Shown in pieces: positions 8,150 to 16,443 of a stretch of 32,000 nucleotides of DNA. Both the position numbers and the translations under genes were made by a program. Origin of the DNA: Candidatus Iainarchaeum sp. (GTDB lineage Archaea > Iainarchaeota > Iainarchaeia > Iainarchaeales > 0-14-0-20-30-16). Under the pieces are notes generated by a model that was given only the letters and a program-made list of their open reading frames with translations, searched no databases and was not told the DNA's origin. Positions within the stretch are counted from its first letter, which is position 1. Every line of letters starts with the position of its first letter. The stretch lies in NCBI GenBank assembly GCA_028710695.1, contig JAQTTP010000001.1, positions 180,001 to 212,000 of the forward strand, written 5' to 3'.

Positions 8150-9260
8150 CTAAACTTAAGTCCCAGTATGTGTATTCATAACCCGATTCTGGATCTTGCG
8201 GTGGATTCCAAACTTGGGTTTTTTGGCCAACGGCCCTGTGCCCTTTAGCATTACCACCAACATGTACTTGTAAATTCTCATATTCTTTGCTTTTTCCTAG
8301 TTGTTGATCAGGGCTTTCATCACAATACTCATTTCTTGTAGGTGATGGCGTTTTATCTACATTTAACTCTGCAGATATAAATGCTGCCCCGCCATATTGG
8401 TCATCATCTGTAAAACCAAATAAACTTTGGTTCTCTGATTCCATGGTGGCAGTTCCATTACCTTCTTTGGTTAAAATAACACAGCCGGTATCTACAACCA
8501 TTTTATAAGTCCACATAAATTTGCCATTCTCGAAATAATAACTTTTTGTACCTACTGTTTCGCCTAAAACACTATATCTTTTTAATGTTCCACCAACGAT
8601 GTCTACTTTTGTAAAATAATAAGTATCTTCTGCTTCAGATAAATATTCATATTTAATTCTACTACAAAGATCTCCTGCACCACTTTGTTTGGTTTCTGCT
8701 AATTTTTTTAAATCGTCAAATCCTAATTCGTCACACAAAATTACAATTTCTTTTAATCTATTTTTGCAAATATATATGTCATTTATTTCTTCTGTTAGTC
8801 TATTTTTAATTGTATCTAAAACTATTTTATCTAAATTTGGCAACAATCCAAAACTTTGTAGTAGTCGTAATGCGTCAATTAACATGCTATTTGTTGAATT
8901 GGGGTCGCTGATAATACTTTCAGCCCATTGCTTGATTTTTGCCTTTGTTTGTGCATCATATTTATCTGTGTCTGGTAAGCCCCAAATTTTTGCTAAACCT
9001 AATGCATCTATCATTTGTTGAGGTGTTGATTTGGGATTATTAAAAGTATCTTCTACATTGCCCATAGTATTAGCTTGATTTGCATTCATTTGATCTTTTG
9101 ATGAATCTCCTGTGCTTGGATAAGTCGCATCATCACCACTTGTTAAGCCAGATTTTGTTGTACCTAAATTGCTTTCATCAGTTCCTGGAGCAACACAGCC
9201 AGACAAAAATATAACTGATACAAAAAAACAGAGAATCAAAGAAATAATTATTTTATTCAT
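8142..9260 (-). CDS. Predicted secreted lipoprotein of unknown function
   Basis: Start MNKIIISLILCFFVSVIFLSGC (lipobox LSGC) at 9260; Ser/Thr/Asp-rich linker after the Cys. Confidence 0.7.
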   Translation of the reverse strand: MNKIIISLILCFFVSVIFLSGCVAPGTDESNLGTTKSGLTSGDDATYPSTGDSSKDQMNANQANTMGNVEDTFNNPKSTPQQMIDALGLAKIWGLPDTDKYDAQTKAKIKQWAESIISDPNSTNSMLIDALRLLQSFGLLPNLDKIVLDTIKNRLTEEINDIYICKNRLKEIVILCDELGFDDLKKLAETKQSGAGDLCSRIKYEYLSEAEDTYYFTKVDIVGGTLKRYSVLGETVGTKSYYFENGKFMWTYKMVVDTGCVILTKEGNGTATMESENQSLFGFTDDDQYGGAAFISAELNVDKTPSPTRNEYCDESPDQQLGKSKEYENLQVHVGGNAKGHRAVGQKTQVWNPPQDPESGYEYTYWDLSLGE

Positions 9261-9313
9261 TATACAAATACTAAATATAACTTTAAATAAGTATCCCAGG
9301 CTATTTTTATTAG

Positions 9314-9534
9314 GCAGTAGTGGTCCAGTGGTAAGATAAGAGCTTCCCAAGAACCCTTTTTAGAAACAAAAAGAAACTTTTGCCCTGGCAAAAGCGTTCT
9401 TTAGGTCCAGAAGAAATTTTTGGAAAACAAAAATTGGCTTCTTGAAAAGCGTTCACGGAAAAAGGAGTGCATAAGGCACCCCAGAATAGGTTCGGAAAGA
9501 GCTTTTGACCCGGGTTCAATTCCCGGCTACTGCA
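9314..9534 (+). tRNA. tRNA-Gly(CCC) with canonical 37/38 archaeal intron
   Basis: Exon 1 9314-9349 GCAGTAGTGGTCCAGTGGTAAGATAAGAGCTTCCCA; exon 2 9500-9534 AGCTTTTGACCCGGGTTCAATTCCCGGCTACTGCA. Acceptor GCAGTAG/CTACTGC, anticodon stem AGAGC/GCTTT, T stem CCGGG/CCCGG, anticodon CCC at 9346-9348. No CCA encoded. Confidence 0.92.
9350..9499 (+). other. 150-nt tRNA intron bounded by a bulge-helix-bulge splice motif
   Basis: Outer helix AGAGC/GCTTT; 3-nt bulges CAA (9348-9350) and AGA (9498-9500); central 4-bp helix TTCC (9344-9347)/GGAA (9494-9497); intron helix GAACC (9351-9355)/GGTTC (9489-9493). Confidence 0.9.
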
Positions 9535-9600
9535 TCTCTAAGCTTTCTTTTCAAAAAAGAAAGCTACAGCCTCCCAAAGAAAACCTTCTGGATGATTATT

Positions 9601-10230
9601 ATGGATAAAATGAAGATTATTTTGTTTATATTGGTTTTACTTACTTTTGTTGTTGGAATTGTAATCTATCCGTATATGCCTGGTACAGTTGCAAGTCATT
9701 GGAATGCCGCGGGAGAAGTAGATGGGCATATGTCTAAATTTTGGGGAGTATTTTTAATGCCAATAATTTGTTTGGTATGTATTTTATTGTTTATTTTTAT
9801 TCCGAAAATGGATCCTCTAAAAAAGAATTTTAAAGCCTTTGAAAAAGAATTTAATTTGTTTATTTTAGTAATCTTTTTGTTCTTTTTTTATATTTATCTT
9901 CTGACTATATTTTGGAATTTGGGTTATGATCTAAATATTGGAAAATATATTACTCCTGCCTTTGGAATCTTGTTTATATTTGTTGGGCTTTTGTTAAGAA
10001 AAGCAAAAAGAAATTATTTTGTAGGAATAAGAACTCCTTGGACTTTGGCTAATGACAAAGTCTGGGATAAAACCCATCAGTTAGGATTTAAGTTATTTGT
10101 AATTATCGGAGTAGTGTGTTTTTTAGGAATATTTTTCCCGGAATATACTTTTTACATATTTATTGGGCTTGTATTATTGGTAACAGGAGTATTGTTTTTG
10201 TATTCTTATTTAATTTATCGGAGGGGATAA
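9601..10230 (+). CDS. DUF1648/SdpI-family-like integral membrane protein (start MDKMKIILFILVLL)
   Basis: 'YPYMPGTVASHWNAAGEVDGHMSKFWGVFLMPIICL' (DUF1648-like) and 'YFVGIRTPWTLANDKVWDKTHQLG' (SdpI-like). Confidence 0.85.
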   Translation: MDKMKIILFILVLLTFVVGIVIYPYMPGTVASHWNAAGEVDGHMSKFWGVFLMPIICLVCILLFIFIPKMDPLKKNFKAFEKEFNLFILVIFLFFFYIYLLTIFWNLGYDLNIGKYITPAFGILFIFVGLLLRKAKRNYFVGIRTPWTLANDKVWDKTHQLGFKLFVIIGVVCFLGIFFPEYTFYIFIGLVLLVTGVLFLYSYLIYRRG

Positions 10231-10231
10231 A

Positions 10232-10396
10232 ATGAAATCATTTGTGTTAATATTTGGGTTGTTGGCATTTTTGTTATTAATTGCAACTATTTTTGTTGGT
10301 GTTTTTGGAACCAAATTTAAGATAAAGTCAATATATCACAAGATTTTTGGATTGTTGACATTGATTTTTACAATTCTGCATGTTGCATTTGTTTAA
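10232..10396 (+). CDS. Small hydrophobic membrane protein, 54 aa (MKSFVLIFGLLAFLLLIATIFVGVFGTKFKIKSIYHKIFGLLTLIFTILHVAFV)
   Basis: Short ORF below the track's cut-off, directly after the SdpI-like gene with GGAGGGG upstream at about 10220. Confidence 0.55.
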   Translation: MKSFVLIFGLLAFLLLIATIFVGVFGTKFKIKSIYHKIFGLLTLIFTILHVAFV

Positions 10397-11556
10397 TCTT
10401 TTGCAAAGAAAATATATCCCAGGCTTGCAATTGCTGCAAGAATGAAACAGATAGTAAACGGATAAAAATTTAAAATGAAAATTAGCATAAGAAGTGGATA
10501 AAATAAAACCCTAATAAAATTGAAATAAAAGTCTCGAATAACTATGAATTTGAAGTACCCTTCTTTTTCTGCAAGATCATAGTTTTTTGCGTCATAAGGG
10601 ATATAAAGAACCTTTTCTGCAACATGTTTGTAAGACTCTATAAAAAATATTTTTGTTGCTGTGTCTGCGAAAATTCTTGCTACCCATGCAAAGAAGTATA
10701 GTGCAGTTCCGAATTTTATCATAAGTTCTTTTTTGTGCTTGTCTGTAATTTTTCCAATAAAGTAGAATAGGGCAAGAGATAGTAGCATTGTAAGGGTGAC
10801 AATTATTCCTGTTTTTTGTGTTGAAACTAAAATAACAATTAGAAATATTGGCCAAATTATTTTTCCAACAATTGTTTCAAATGAATAACCTATAAAAGTT
10901 ACTAGTATTCCTGCGTATTTTTTTGTTAAAAATTCTTTTAACATGTCTTTTGATTTAAAATTGAGTTCTGTGTAGCAATCGGGAGTAAACATTAAAACTA
11001 AAGAACCTAAGATTAATATCATTGAACCAATGATGTACAAGACAACAAAGCCGTAATAATATGCAATAAATCCACCTAATACTGGGCCAAGAACAGAAAC
11101 AATCATTGCTAATGCACTTAAAAAAGAAATTTCTTTGCCTCTATTCTTTCTATCTGAGTGATTAATGTAGTTCACATGATATCCATTATAGTAGAATGCT
11201 CTTCTTATCGCCCAAATTAAAGGGAGAATAACAAATACTGCCCAACTTGTTGTTATGAAGTATAATCCGATGTAATATAATATTGAGAGGGGGGTAGAAA
11301 CTAGGATTGCGTGCTTAGCTCCAATCTTTGCAACTGCTTTTGCAACAGGATATGCAAAAATAACATAGAATAAAGCATCTAAAAGGAAGAAAAGAAGGAT
11401 TAGGGGGATTGAATAGCCTAAATTATAGAAATAAATTGGAACGAAAATTCCAATCATGCTTTCTGCAAATGTTGTGATTGTTATTGCAAGATAGAAAAGG
11501 TTTAGTTCTTTGTTTTTCAAAAATGGAATTACATGGAAGTTACTAAACAAAGACAT
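10393..11556 (-). CDS. MFS-type multi-pass transporter-like membrane protein
   Basis: 'YFYNLGYSIPLILLFFLLDALFYVIFAYPVAKAVAKIGAKHAILVSTPLS' plus about 10 hydrophobic segments; 'YHVNYINHSDRKNRGKEISFLSAL'. Confidence 0.7.
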   Translation of the reverse strand: MSLFSNFHVIPFLKNKELNLFYLAITITTFAESMIGIFVPIYFYNLGYSIPLILLFFLLDALFYVIFAYPVAKAVAKIGAKHAILVSTPLSILYYIGLYFITTSWAVFVILPLIWAIRRAFYYNGYHVNYINHSDRKNRGKEISFLSALAMIVSVLGPVLGGFIAYYYGFVVLYIIGSMILILGSLVLMFTPDCYTELNFKSKDMLKEFLTKKYAGILVTFIGYSFETIVGKIIWPIFLIVILVSTQKTGIIVTLTMLLSLALFYFIGKITDKHKKELMIKFGTALYFFAWVARIFADTATKIFFIESYKHVAEKVLYIPYDAKNYDLAEKEGYFKFIVIRDFYFNFIRVLFYPLLMLIFILNFYPFTICFILAAIASLGYIFFAKD

Positions 11557-11614
11557 AATAGAAAAAGAAGAATAAGAAATAAAAAAGAATTGCTATTTTT
11601 TGGAAACTATTTGA

Positions 11615-12028
11615 TTATGCTTCTTTTAATTTCCGTAATTCTTTTAGATGGTCTTCTAAGAATTCGAAATGTGTCTTTACTGGATATTTTTTGCTGTAAG
11701 ATAATCCTCTTTGAACCATTGCAATCAGAATCGTTCTATAACGTACTTTTAAAGATCTTGGCATTTCATCTAAAGCATCATTTAAATGTGTTACAAAATT
11801 AATTGGGTTAATCATATCAACTGAACTTTCAGATCGTAGGTCTCTAATCTCACGTTCAAAAGCAACATATCTTTCTCTTTCGTGTAAAAGATTTGCAATT
11901 GTTGCCTTTCGTTCTTGGTGAGGTGTTGTTGAATTCTCCCTTGGCTTAAAATGAACTACCTCTCCATGTCCTTTTGGCGGTTCTGGTTTTTTAGGTCCAA
12001 ATCTTCTTGTTACACTCATATTAACCAC
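11615..12028 (-). CDS. Conserved-looking hypothetical protein
   Basis: 137-aa ORF whose start overlaps the stop of the 12021-12386 ORF by 8 nt on the same strand. Confidence 0.55.
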   Translation of the reverse strand: MVNMSVTRRFGPKKPEPPKGHGEVVHFKPRENSTTPHQERKATIANLLHERERYVAFEREIRDLRSESSVDMINPINFVTHLNDALDEMPRSLKVRYRTILIAMVQRGLSYSKKYPVKTHFEFLEDHLKELRKLKEA

Positions 12029-12386
12029 GTTTTAATTGTGCAAGCGCTCTTCTAAAATATGTAAAATAAAGTAAATATTTTTTATCTAGTGCTAAAGCCT
12101 CTTTTTCTCGCGTGAACAAAAATTCAATTGCTCTTATAATATCAGATCTTCTTTGACGAACTATTTCTTTTGGTGAATTTCTCATTGCACTATAAAGTGC
12201 AGTCATACCATAAATAATTTTTTCATGTGGGCTCATTGCAAACTCAATTGCGGAAGTGAGTTTTTTTTCTCTGATTTTTCTAACTGCTTCTAAGCCATAT
12301 TTTTTTTGGTCATATTCAATTCCATAAGTTTTTTTGAACTCTTTTTTTGGTACTTTTCCAGACATTCTATCTTTTGCTACGACCAT
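12021..12386 (-). CDS. Hypothetical helical, basic protein
   Basis: 121-aa ORF; coupled with the 11615-12028 ORF. Confidence 0.55.
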   Translation of the reverse strand: MVVAKDRMSGKVPKKEFKKTYGIEYDQKKYGLEAVRKIREKKLTSAIEFAMSPHEKIIYGMTALYSAMRNSPKEIVRQRRSDIIRAIEFLFTREKEALALDKKYLLYFTYFRRALAQLKRG

Positions 12387-12436
12387 AATAGTTATTTTGC
12401 AGGAATCTTTTTATATTCTTATCACATAATTTTATC

Positions 12437-13528
12437 ATGGAAAAAACTATTGAGCAACAAATTTACTTTGATGATCTCGATGGCTTGATAAAAGCAATGA
12501 CTGCAGAAACGAAAAAAGGAAAAATATTAGTTGCTCAAATTGCACCCGCAGTACGATTTTCTATTGGAGAATGCTTTGGAGAAAAAGCAGGGATTGATAA
12601 TACAAAAAAAACAATCTCTTTATTGAAAGAACTTGGATTTGATTATGTTTTTGATACTCCTCTTGGGGCAGATTTGATTGTTGTTGATGGAGTCAAAAAT
12701 TTCTTAAAAATGGATTTGAAACATTTTGAGAAGTTTCCAGTTTTTACATCTTGTTGTATAGGGTGGAGAAGATTTGCACAAAAAAATTATTTTTATAAAA
12801 AACATCTTTCAAAAGAGGTAAGTCCAAATATGGCTTTGGGACTAACAGCAAAAACTTTTTTTGCAAATAAAATTAAGAAAAAAGCAGAACAAATTGTGGT
12901 TGTTGGAATAATGCCTTGTACTTTGAAAAAATATGAAACTTTGTATGAATTCAAAAAAGGAATAAAATATGTTGATTATGTTGTTACAACAAAAGAGCTC
13001 GGGGCTTGGGCAAAGAAAGAAAATATTGATTTTAAAACCTTGAAAGGGCATGAATTTGACTATTTACACGAAAGCTCAAAAGAAGGGCTTATGTTTGGGG
13101 CTAGCGGAGGAGTAACAGAGGCATTCCTGACGGCTTTGGCAGATAAGCTTGGAGAAAAAAAGGAAATACTTTTTTTTAGAAATAATAAAAGGATAAAAAG
13201 GCAAAAGGTAAAGATTGGAGATCTAGAATTAAATGTGGCTAGTGTTTATGGATTCGGGGCGCTGGTGAAATTACACAGAGAGATGGATCGTGGAGTAACA
13301 TACCATTTTGTAGAAGTTATGCAATGTCCTTTGGGTTGTGTGGGCGGGCCTGGGCAGCCGGAAGCAGGATTTTTTAAAATAAAAAGAAGGGCAAAAGAGT
13401 TGAGGAGACATGCAAGCAGAAAGCGTGAACATAGTGCTTTAGAAAACAAAACCGTGGATGAGATTAGTGCTTATCTAGAAAAGAAGAAGATCTCTTTGCA
13501 TTTGCATGAGCATAAAGAGCACAAATAG
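12437..13528 (+). CDS. Minimal [FeFe]-hydrogenase-like protein (H-cluster domain only, 363 aa)
   Basis: L1 'TSCCIGW' (nt 12746-12766), L2 'MPCTLKKYE' (12911-12937), L3 'EVMQCPLGCVGGPGQP' (13313-13360); also 'QIAPAVRFSIGECFG' and 'GLMFGASGGVTEAF'. Confidence 0.9.
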   Translation: MEKTIEQQIYFDDLDGLIKAMTAETKKGKILVAQIAPAVRFSIGECFGEKAGIDNTKKTISLLKELGFDYVFDTPLGADLIVVDGVKNFLKMDLKHFEKFPVFTSCCIGWRRFAQKNYFYKKHLSKEVSPNMALGLTAKTFFANKIKKKAEQIVVVGIMPCTLKKYETLYEFKKGIKYVDYVVTTKELGAWAKKENIDFKTLKGHEFDYLHESSKEGLMFGASGGVTEAFLTALADKLGEKKEILFFRNNKRIKRQKVKIGDLELNVASVYGFGALVKLHREMDRGVTYHFVEVMQCPLGCVGGPGQPEAGFFKIKRRAKELRRHASRKREHSALENKTVDEISAYLEKKKISLHLHEHKEHK

Positions 13529-13535
13529 TATCATA

Positions 13536-13570
13536 TTTATATATAAGTTTAAACTCTACTTTATATATAA
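13536..13570 (+). promoter_or_regulatory. Tandem archaeal TATA-like boxes upstream of lonB
   Basis: Identical 11-mers TTTATATATAA at 13536-13546 and 13560-13570, upstream of the ATG at 13583. Confidence 0.5.
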
Positions 13571-13582
13571 CTAGTGACTTCT

Positions 13583-15451
13583 ATGGCCGAAAAAGATCTA
13601 AATTATAGTACAACTGCAGAAATTAAAGTTCCTGATAAACTTATCGACCAAGTTATAGGCCAGGAAAGAGCAGTTGAATTAGTAAAAAAGGCCGCAAAGC
13701 AAAGAAGAAATGTTCTTCTTATCGGAGAGCCCGGAACTGGAAAGTCCATGCTTGCAAAAGGAATGGCAGACATAATGCCTGTTGACAAGTTAGACGATAT
13801 TTTAATTTACCCTAATAAAATTGATTCTCATACGCCAATTGTAAAAGTTTTGCCTGGCGGAGAAGGAAAGAAAATTGTTGAAAAAATGACATTAGATGAA
13901 AAAGCACAAAAAGATTCAATGAGGTTTGTTTCGTTGATTTTGCCTTTGGGCTGGTTTATTCTATCTGTTGTTGCATGGCAAATGGCTTGGATAAGTGATG
14001 TTATTTTTGCAGCAGCACTAATTGTGGGCTCATTCTTTGTTGTAGCATCAGCATTATCTGGGCAGATTAGAATGCCCTTGAAAGTTGTAACTCCTAAACT
14101 ATTAATTGATAATTCTAAAAAAAATAAAGCTCCTTTTGTAGATGGTACTGGGTCTAAAGCGGGAGCATTATTTGGTGATGTTAAGCACGACCCATTACAA
14201 AGCGGCGGATTAGGAACTCCACCACATTTAAGAGTTATACCTGGAATGATACATAGAGCAAATAAAGGTGTTTTATTCTTGGATGAAATCGCAACTTTGT
14301 CTCCAAAATCACAGCAGGATTTGCTAACTGCAATGCAGGAAAAGAAAGCATCAGTAACTGGGCAGAGCGAATTATCAAGTGGTGCAATGGTTAGAACAGA
14401 GCCTGTTCCTTGTGACTTTGTTTTAGTTGCTGCAGGAAACTACGAATCTTTACAACACTTACATCCAGCAATAAGATCTAGAATTAGAGGTTATGGTTAC
14501 GAAGTTTACATGAATGTTGACATGGATGATACTCCAGATAATAGAAATAAGATTGTAAGATTTGTTGCCCAAGAAGTTAAGAATGATGGAAAGATTCCGC
14601 ACTTTAACAATGAAGCAGTAGAGTTTATTATTTTTGAAGCAAGAAGAAGAGCAAACTCCAAAAAGAAGCTAAGCTTAAAATTTAGGGAGCTTGGTGGATT
14701 AATAAGAGCGGCAGGAGATATTGCAGTTGAAAAAGGAAAGAAAATTGTTGATATGGAAGATATGATGGAAGCAAAGAAATCTGCAAAAACTTTGGAAGAG
14801 CAGATGATAGGAAAGTACATTAATAGAATTAAAGATTATAGTGTGTTTAGTACCAAAGGAAGAGAAGTTGGAAGGGTAAATGGATTAGCAGTTTTATCTG
14901 ATGGTGAAACTGGAACTATAATTTCTATTGAAGCTGATGTTGCTCCTGCACAATCAAAAAGTGAAGGAAAAATTTATGCTACTGGAAAGCTTGGAGAAAT
15001 TGCAAAAGAAGCAGTACTAAATGTTTCTTCAATAATAAAGAAAGTTTCTAATACTGATCTTTCAAGTCATGATATACACATTCAATTTTTACAAAGTTAT
15101 TCTGGTGTTGAAGGGGATTCAGCATCAATCGCTATTACAACTGCAGTAATATCTGCAATAGAGGGAATTCCTGTAAGGCAAGATATTGCTATGACTGGAT
15201 CTTTAAGTGTTAAAGGAAAAGTAATGCCTGTTGGCGGGGTAACTGCAAAAGTAAAAGCAGCATTAGATGCAGGTTTTAGAACAGTAATTGTTCCAAAGCA
15301 GAATGTGGAAGACATTGTATTAACTGAAGAAGATAAAAAGAAAGTAAGAATTATTTCAGTAAATAATTTGCACGATGTTTTAAGCCAAGTATTTGAAGAT
15401 GGAAAACAGATGGATGTTTTCTTGAAAAAACTTAAAAAAGAGTTAGAATAA
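13583..15451 (+). CDS. lonB: Archaeal membrane-bound ATP-dependent protease LonB
   Basis: Walker A '[13 protein letters not shown]'; TM insertion in the AAA domain; catalytic '[50 protein letters not shown]'. Track start 13574 is GTG; ATG at 13583 gives MAEKD. Confidence 0.95.
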   Translation: MAEKDLNYSTTAEIKVPDKLIDQVIGQERAVELVKKAAKQRRNVLLIGEPGTGKSMLAKGMADIMPVDKLDDILIYPNKIDSHTPIVKVLPGGEGKKIVEKMTLDEKAQKDSMRFVSLILPLGWFILSVVAWQMAWISDVIFAAALIVGSFFVVASALSGQIRMPLKVVTPKLLIDNSKKNKAPFVDGTGSKAGALFGDVKHDPLQSGGLGTPPHLRVIPGMIHRANKGVLFLDEIATLSPKSQQDLLTAMQEKKASVTGQSELSSGAMVRTEPVPCDFVLVAAGNYESLQHLHPAIRSRIRGYGYEVYMNVDMDDTPDNRNKIVRFVAQEVKNDGKIPHFNNEAVEFIIFEARRRANSKKKLSLKFRELGGLIRAAGDIAVEKGKKIVDMEDMMEAKKSAKTLEEQMIGKYINRIKDYSVFSTKGREVGRVNGLAVLSDGETGTIISIEADVAPAQSKSEGKIYATGKLGEIAKEAVLNVSSIIKKVSNTDLSSHDIHIQFLQSYSGVEGDSASIAITTAVISAIEGIPVRQDIAMTGSLSVKGKVMPVGGVTAKVKAALDAGFRTVIVPKQNVEDIVLTEEDKKKVRIISVNNLHDVLSQVFEDGKQMDVFLKKLKKELE

Positions 15452-15465
15452 GCAAGTGATAAAGT

Positions 15466-16434
15466 ATGGATGATGTTGCAAAGAAGACAATATTTTTCGG
15501 GTTTTTTTTACTTTTGATTTGCTTGCTTGCATATTTTTTATATGATGTATTTTTTGGATTTAATTATTGGGTTAAATTGACTTTGCTTATTATTGCAATC
15601 CTGATTTTACTAATATTTTTGATTGTAAAAACCGGTGCCTTATTGCTATTGAAAGAATATGAGAGGGCAGTAGTATATAGATTTGGAAAATTATCAAGAG
15701 TGGGGGGCCCAGGGTGGATAATGGTAATACCTTTAATAGAAGAGTTCACTGTTGTAGACTTAAGGGTTCAAACAATAGATATTCCAAAGCAAAATGTAAT
15801 TACAAAGGATAATATAATGCTTAGAGTTGATGCATTAGTTTATATAAAAGTTAAAGACAAAACAGAAGATGTTGTTAACTCTGTTATAAAAGTTGAGAAT
15901 TATAAAAAAGCGGCAAGACTATTTATTGAAGCCAATATAAGAGAAGTAATGGGTCAGATGCTTTTGTCGGAAATTATAAGTAGTGCAGGGACCTTGTCTG
16001 CTAAACTTAAAGCAGAATTGGGTCTAATCGCAAAAGATTGGGGTATTGTAGTTGATGCGGTTGAGATACAAGAAATTATAATCCCCGAAGAAGTACAAGA
16101 TGCTATGCACAAAAAAGAAGCAGCAACTCAGAACAAGAAAGCAATAATTGAATTAGCTGAAGCAGAAAGAGAAAAAATAAATGCTATTAATCAGGCAGCA
16201 AGTGGGCTATCAGATAAATCAGTTGTATACTATTACATAAAAGGCCTTGAGGAGATGTCTAAAGGGGCATCAACGAAATGGATTTTTCCAATGGAGTTTA
16301 CTAAGCTTGCAGGATTGATTGCTGGGCAAACTTCTGGAACTAAAGTAGAGCAAGAAAAAATGTATGAATTCCTTGCTAAGTATGGCCCAACTTTCGAGAA
16401 ATCCTTGGAAAAGGTTAAAAAAGCTAAGAAGTAA
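15466..16434 (+). CDS. SPFH/stomatin-prohibitin-family membrane protein
   Basis: N-terminal TMs, 'LLLKEYERAVVYRFGKLSRVGGPGWIMVIPLIEEFTVVDLRVQTIDIPKQNVITKDNIMLRVDALVYIKV'. Confidence 0.92.
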   Translation: MDDVAKKTIFFGFFLLLICLLAYFLYDVFFGFNYWVKLTLLIIAILILLIFLIVKTGALLLLKEYERAVVYRFGKLSRVGGPGWIMVIPLIEEFTVVDLRVQTIDIPKQNVITKDNIMLRVDALVYIKVKDKTEDVVNSVIKVENYKKAARLFIEANIREVMGQMLLSEIISSAGTLSAKLKAELGLIAKDWGIVVDAVEIQEIIIPEEVQDAMHKKEAATQNKKAIIELAEAEREKINAINQAASGLSDKSVVYYYIKGLEEMSKGASTKWIFPMEFTKLAGLIAGQTSGTKVEQEKMYEFLAKYGPTFEKSLEKVKKAKK

Positions 16435-16443
16435 AGGTATAAT

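Noticed and set aside
9350-9499. C/D-box sRNA inside the tRNA intron
   Set aside because: No RUGAUGA/CUGA pair found, so only generic structure is reported.
9310-9519. Minus-strand ORF of 69 aa
   Set aside because: Lies across the tRNA-Gly exons and intron; no coding motif.
9505-9600. N-terminal extension of the SdpI-like ORF
   Set aside because: Translates tRNA 3' exon sequence; the ATG at 9601 fits better.
9420-9608. Plus-strand ORF of 62 aa
   Set aside because: Runs through the tRNA intron and 3' exon; spurious.
12021-13528. Hydrogenase maturation or electron-transfer partner genes next to the [FeFe] hydrogenase
   Set aside because: Neighbouring ORFs lack radical-SAM CxxxCxxC, HydF GTPase or ferredoxin motifs.
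14506-14820. Minus-strand 104-aa ORF
   Set aside because: Antisense to lonB, whose motifs are unambiguous.
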